64,000 bases of DNA from the human T2T-CHM13v2.0 reference genome, Homo sapiens: NCBI RefSeq assembly GCF_009914755.1, contig NC_060925.1, one strand, 5' to 3'. Of this stretch, positions 57,329-64,000 are shown piece by piece. A program made the translations under genes and the position numbers. The notes beneath the pieces are model-generated. The model did not search any database. It was not told the origin of the DNA and worked only from the letters and a program-made list of their open reading frames with translations. Position 1 is the first letter of the stretch. The number at the start of each line of letters is the position of its first letter.

Positions 57329-58958
57329 TTACATATGCACATATATATACATGTATGAAACCAAACTGGCCACCTTTACTTAAAAGTAATCAATCTAAAA
57401 TTTTCAGGCCATTTAAGGGATATTAGACATTATTTAATTCACCTGCCTTATTTTACAGATGAGAAAACAGTTATGTATTTAAGCGATGTATTCTCAAAGG
57501 AGGTGAAATTTGGAATTAGAGAGTAGAAAATATTCCTCTTTTTAGGTAAAATGCGTATATATAATATAATATATATATGCATGGATGTGTGTACACGTAT
57601 GTATATATGTGTGTGTATGTATGTATGTGTATATATATATCCTAAATAGATGGCATTACTATTTCATCGGGGGGTTATTAGGAAAACCATATCTAAAAAG
57701 GCTCCCCTAATGGAGTGATAATGAAAACACACTAAGTCAAACCTATATGAGAGTCCAAATATCCTAATTAAATATGGTGCCCATTCCAGTATCCTACAGC
57801 AATCATAAACTTTCTATACCTTGAAATTACACAACTCTGCATACATAACCATTTGTCCTTAAGAACAACAGAATGCTGTCATGAGGTTGTTAGAGTTATT
57901 TATGATTTTAAATTGATAACCAAATTGTTATTTGTAGCTTGATATCAATAGGTGCTATTATTCTGGAAATAATGTGTAGAAGTAAAAAAGAAAACTTGAC
58001 TTGAAAAATGTTTATTCTTGAATGGATTGGACTCACCTGGCTTCAGGCTGGGGTGGGGTAGGGGTGGCAAAGACTGTGATGTGAGTGGCAGATTTAGAGA
58101 TTGAAGTTCTTATGACTCGAGCAACAGAGAATTGTCAGACTAAAGTGATTCATTAGCTTAAACTGCTTTTAATCTTATAGTATATAATTTCAAACAAATT
58201 CTTAATATAAGAATCAAGAGATTCAATGAAGAGAAATAAATCCTATCATATAATCTTACCTAGGTGCTTATAGAAATATTTTACTATATTTTCTAATATA
58301 TAAATGAAATTAATTATAGAATCATAGAATTCCAGAATCGGAAAGAATTTGATATTAGTCAAACCTCGTTATATACATGAAAAAACTGGGGCCTCAGAAT
58401 TACAATATTAAAATTGTGACCTAGAGTTTTCTTTTAAAATTCAGTTGCACAGAGATATATCAGAGATGTAATAATTACTCAAGAGGTTGTTAATACTAAA
58501 AAATAAGAGAATACATAGCTTAAATGAGACTGTAAGTTTCTTATCTTCAAAAGTAATTGGAACTATTATTTAGGGTTTTCAAAGATTTGAATGTGAAAAC
58601 TGCAGAATTATAACAGTTCATGACATATTGTTGTTTTGGCCACACACACGAAGATAGAGTTTCCAGTGATGTTCTGGTGTTATAAGTATTCCTGAATTCA
58701 CTTATGACAGAAACAAAGCTATAAAAATATGAAAGCCATCATTAGGAAGCCAGTTGCCTGTTTTCCAAGCATAAGCACAACATTTATAATGATTGAATAA
58801 AGACCAATGTTTAAAATAAGCTAAAATTTAAGTAAATGAGACAATGGTTTTTAATACCTACAGCCATGTAGGAAAAGCTAAGATACCTACCTAAATTACA
58901 CTGAAATAGATTTTCATTTTTGCACAAAAAGTTACTTATGTTAATCTGGAATTCCTAA

Positions 58959-58963
58959 ACACA

Positions 58964-59029
<66 letters not shown>
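58959..59029 (+). repeat. Compound (CA)n(GA)n microsatellite
   Basis: About 27 CA units with one TA interruption, followed by about 7 GA units. Confidence 0.95.
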
Positions 59030-61497
59030 AACGACAAAAAAAATAGAAGCCCTTTAGGGTGTCTAAAGTATTAAAATATTTTTATACTGATATGTGTATG
59101 GGCAGTTTAAAAAACCTACATTGGATCTAAGCAAGTTTGAGTCTACATTCAATCTTGGATCTACAACTTTATTGCTGTGCTCCAAATAACAGTCAAAAAT
59201 GGAATAAAATAACATCATATTAACAATATCAAAGAAAATGACTTTCTGAGTTGTTTACCCCAAACTAAAATGATGGGGCTTGCAGGTTAGGTGGGTGAAG
59301 AAAAGGCCATAATTACACAACACAGTAGAGGTGGCACAATTTGGAGATTAAAATAGTCCTTAGAGTTCTTAATCAGTTATTCTTTAGTAGGGACTCTGAT
59401 TCAATTGATTTTTCTCCGTATTGAGGGGCTAAGTCAATGATGGAATCACCTGCAAGAATATTTTGGGACAGAGACTTTTTTTTAGAAGAAGCAATGTTAC
59501 TCAACTACCATGATAAGAGAAGAAAGGAGAGCTTATTGACCATTTCTGACTTTAGACATGAAAAATAAATGAACTAATTCTTTAAAGACTTTCTAATCAT
59601 CAGTCACTGCTGTGAGGTAGTCACTTCCTCTCCCAGAAGTAGAATATGTGGATTAGGACGTTTATCTATCAGAAATATTAATGCTTATACTTCTAAGCAA
59701 CAGAGACAGAGATGCTGCTACTAATTAATTCAGTTACTCTAAATTATAATAGTCATAAAGTACACATCCAATATCTAAAATTATACATTTTTAGCAATTT
59801 TGTTGATAAAGTTTTAGCATTGCTCAGCATTCATGGTTAGTTAATAATTTTTAAAAGCAATTTGAAACATAAAAGATTTAACACAGGCTTTAGTATATTT
59901 TAAAAACAATTAACCAAGTAAATGTTTTAAATTAGAATCGTTTCATGATTGCCAAATAAAAATTCTTCCCAAAACCACTGTTATAAAATATTTCATCTCA
60001 TTATGAGAGATGGTATAATGTGAAGTCCATACAAACTAATAAATCCTCAGAAAATTTCCACCCCATCTCTCACTTTGATCTTCTGGAGAGGGAGGGCAGG
60101 GGATTCTTCAGGGTTCATAATAACAATGTCATTTGTCATAAGAAATCATATTTTATAATTTCACAGGAGCGTAGAAGAAGAGAGGTGCATGGTGTGGTGA
60201 GGAAGAGGGTTATATTCACAATTAAAACTGTGAAATGCTAAACTGCATTATGAAGACAAATAGGAAAGTACAACTCCATTGTTGAAAACAGTTTCCCTCC
60301 TATCAGTCCAAGGATTCATGCATCAATATTGTAGATGAACTGTTAATTACAAAATCAATTAAAAATTATTTCTAAAAACAGTCACGCGTCCCTGGCTCTC
60401 ATGGGGGCAATTTGGGCAGAAGGTCTCATCTCACTAGGACTGCGCCAAATCACAAAGTCGTCATCCACAAGTAAGCAAAAGCAATCTGGTTTTTCATTTT
60501 TCAGCGCGGCTGAGCCCAGCCTGAGATTGATCGTCACATATGGCCCCAGAAAACAAACTGTCAATACCTTGAATGCTGCAGAATTTGAACAAATAGCCGT
60601 CCGCCCATTCAAGCCACTCATTGCATCCCATTTAACAGATTTTATTGACAGTTTCCTTCTTGTAATTAAAGGGAAAACTACTGGCCGGCAACCAAGATAA
60701 AGTTCAAAGATAGGGTCAAAACAAAAGCAGATGGAGGGGCACGGTGTGACTGTCAATGGTACATAGCATCAGAGCACGTTATTGACACGCAGGTATCTAA
60801 TGATCGGCACGTCATTAAGGAGGGATCTATCCTGAACTTTATGCAAATGCTAAAAGAGACTTAAGACCATAATAAAGCATTAAGAGAGGCACAAAGGGAA
60901 AAACAACAAAGCACCAACGATTTTTACTTATTAGAGGTTGCTATTTTAGCATGTTTCAGTTCGAATGTAAAGACCAGTTATTCCCATAATTCTTAACCCT
61001 TACTGTATAGGCAGAATTTGACTTCTAAAGAACTCCAGAATGTAAGAAAACTGTTCTTTGATAACCAAAACTCAAAGCAACACTAAATATATTTTCCCAA
61101 TTGCACAATTTGCATTTTTGAGGGAAAAATGGTTTGTGTGTATCAACAATTCCCTTGTTTTAACTTATGCATAAAATACAATAGAAATAATTTTGTCCTG
61201 GGAGTGTCCATTTATGCTATTACTACAAGAGCTTTTGCTTTGCCATGATCCAAATTAGTACATGCATTAGTTGATAAAAGTTTCAAAGCATTCAATAAGC
61301 AAGTCAAATGAAATTAATTCCCTTTAAGTATATTTTTCTTATTTCTAACTTTTCACTAGAAAGCTATACTGATTATAATTTTGCTGACTCATACAAAATT
61401 TACAAACCAGGTCTAGCAAATCCCTAAAGAAGTTAAGGAGAGGGGTAAAACTGACATATTAAAAAAAATGTAACAATGACTATGTCAGTATGCCAAC

Positions 61498-61767
61498 CTG
61501 AATTAGCAAGAGCTATAGCTTTGAGGGTGACAAATTCTTCTTTTTCCAGCTTCATGCTCTTGTATTTCTTTACCAGCTGCAGGATAGCATTATTTAGATC
61601 AAGAAGGCCTGCTAATTTGGACTGGTCTTCGTCCATTATATAATCGTCTGCATAGACAAGTTCATCCTCAAATGAAAGAGACCGGTATACGACACCAAGG
61701 ATCAAAATTTCCATCCAAGCACTCTGCAGAAGGCTCATCTGGTCCGCCAGGGACAGCGTGGAGAAGC
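61498..61767 (-). CDS. ESRRG: ESRRG penultimate coding exon (270 bp, ligand-binding domain)
   Basis: [47 protein letters not shown]...[14 protein letters not shown]; acceptor tctttccatgcAG and donor CAG|GTtggc. Confidence 0.98.
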
Positions 61768-62499
61768 CTGCATGGAAAGATGGGCAGATCAAGTTACTTT
61801 AAAGCCATAATTTCATAATGCAACATTAGTTTCATATGGTAGCTGGCTTCTGCATCAGTGCTCAAAATTATGCTGAGCTTTGATTAGAAGCTCTTAAAAT
61901 TTTCCCTGGATCACTTTGCGAACAGCAAAGTGAAAGTCACAAACCAGCTTCTTCAATTTGTGGGTATTTGCTATAAGTTTTATAGACACAGCTTAGGGGA
62001 ATATAATAGAGATGTCGTTTTCTTTCATTCGAGAAGAAAATACCATGTAATCTTTAAATATACTTGATTTCTGGTTGAAGTCTTTAGGAAAATCTTACAG
62101 GAAGTCAGATTTTCAACTATCTCATCTCTAAAAACTACTACTGGTAAACAACATAAAAGTAAAAAAAAAAAAAAAAAAAGAAGAAGGAGAAGAAGAAGCA
62201 GCTAAAAATAAAAGGTAAACAAACAATTTAGGCCATAGAGCTCAGCACAACTTGGAAACATTTCTGTATAATATTAATAATTACAAGCACAATGGATGAT
62301 GAGTTACAAATAGGTGAGCCTTCTTAATTGGCTATTTCTCCCCACTGATATTTAACATGACTTTCTTTTAAAATTAGTGATAATAGGTATAAAAGAAAGT
62401 GTAATATGTAGCAGCCTGGCCTCCCCACCAAAGAGAAAAGCCTCGTTCACTATTGTTATTAAGCTCCAATTATTTAAAAAGTTAAATATAAATAAAGGT

Positions 62500-62640
62500 A
62501 ACAGGGTTTGGTGCAAAGGAGTCAGATTCTGAATGTAAATACTGGCTCCACTTAGCTACTGGCTCTTTCACCTTGAGCAAGAGAAATTAACTTGTCTCTT
62601 AAATTTCGTATTTGGGAAATATAAAATATCACCTACCTAA
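62500..62640 (+). mobile_element. MIR SINE fragment
   Basis: ggagtcagattctgaatgtaaatactggctccactt...caccttgagcaag. Confidence 0.55.
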
Positions 62641-64000
62641 ACATTAAGCTATAACCTGAAATTCAGTAAGTGTTGTTGTATGATTAATATATGTTCTTTT
62701 TATCTGAATTACCTATGTGATCAATTCTTTTCTGCAAATCTGGGATGCATTCATACACGCATATTTAAAGTCCCTCTGAGCTTGAGAAAACATATGTAAA
62801 AAAATTAAAAAGAAAATGTTGTTCAATAGAGAAAGAGGAAGCAGTACAATTAAGCCTACTTAGGAGTGAAGATATATATTTATATATCAGAGGGACTAGA
62901 TCTGTATTCTAAAGTGAAGATACCTGATGATCAGAAGCTTTTCTCAAGTCCTAAAAAAGAAATGTTTCTTAAAACTTCACTTTTATTTCCAAGTGTATGC
63001 CTAAGACTTCTAAGGGTAACCATCCACCTCATGGCTTCTGAGGACAGTGGTACCATCATTTAAGGTCCTGCCACCAGTAATTCTACAGAAAGGAAGGACC
63101 ATTTTTAATAATGCAACTTAAGAAATCTATTTTTACTCCCTTTCTAGACATTATTATCCAAATCATAAGTAGCCACTGATGCCCAACCTTTTTAGGCTGC
63201 TGCTTATGGTCACTGTTGCTGTCCTTTTCAATCATATCAAATTGTGGGTATCCCATATGATATTAGAAACTACAGCACAGTAAAGAAAAGGAAAGGATTT
63301 CCTGACCTATTGGTGAAAAACAGTGGTTTGCCATTTGGTACCATTAATTATAAGTGCTTAATAAAATCATCAGAAGAGATGAGTCAAGCTTTTCTTAAGG
63401 GAATCTTTAAGATATGTGTAAAATGCATTTCTTTCGTTGTTTATCATGGTGCTTACATGTTATTTGACAGGATTTCTTTTGGACTGGCTGTGTAAGTCTT
63501 GTTTCTTATTCTGCTTTTGTCATTGCATTTGGGGTTAAATTAATAAATATCCTCTTAGAGATATAATAGCTGATAACATTTTAAACAGCGGTTCAACACA
63601 GAAAACTAAATTATTTAACCTAAATAGGTTAGGCTCCAGATGCTTTTAATTTTAGCAATGTTATATTCACAACAAACAAACAGAAAACCACACTGCTCTT
63701 TTTTCTATTCCCCTCCAAGGAAAAAAGGTGCAATGCAAATCCAAATATCAATCTCAAGAAAACATACTAAGTAAGAATTTCTTGTGTAAATTAAAATACC
63801 AAAAAAAAAAAAAATCATCTGGAAAGTTAGGAGCAAAAATGAATGGGTCTTTTCAATTTGCCTTAGTTTTCTTGTTCCTTTTCATGCTCCCAAGTCGCAG
63901 TTTCTCTGCAGCAGCAGATGGACAGAGCGTGTAGCCCGCAGCACCTTCCTGTGACAGCCCTATTCTCCCTCCCAGACACTGCTGTTAGTAAATAGATTTA

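Noticed and set aside
60382-60756. Overlapping 124 aa and 99 aa ORFs in the ESRRG intron
   Set aside because: No similarity to nuclear receptor sequence; the flanking exons already join in phase. Better explained as GC-richer non-coding DNA.
63905-63960. REST/RE1-like and CTCF-like words at the window end
   Set aside because: Spacing and core positions deviate from consensus; cannot be supported without a PWM scan or ChIP data.

Overview
AT-rich, repeat-dense primate (human or great-ape) genomic DNA; no prokaryotic features. The right third holds the 3' end of the nuclear receptor gene ESRRG (ERR-gamma) on the minus strand: penultimate coding exon 61498-61767, last exon coding part 49273-49517 (AF-2 helix KLFLEMLE), and a ~3.7 kb 3'UTR ending near 45580. 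Positions ~19.9-40.6 kb are a nested transposon cluster. An old L1M is interrupted by an MLT1 LTR (itself carrying MER1B) and by an L1MA. The L1MA carries an AluJ, a near full-length L1PA2/3 (ORF1 and ORF0 open, ORF2 broken) and a 4.1 kb class I ERV. Two observations stand out. (1) The ERV has mRNA structure (R-U5...U3-R-oligo(A)) and L1-type flanks, so it looks like an L1-retrotransposed processed ERV transcript from a MER66-like, non-HERV-W family. (2) A 138 bp near-perfect palindrome lies ~125 nt past the ESRRG poly(A) site. Repeat subfamily names come from recalled consensus sequences and need RepeatMasker/Dfam confirmation; boundaries of old repeats are approximate.
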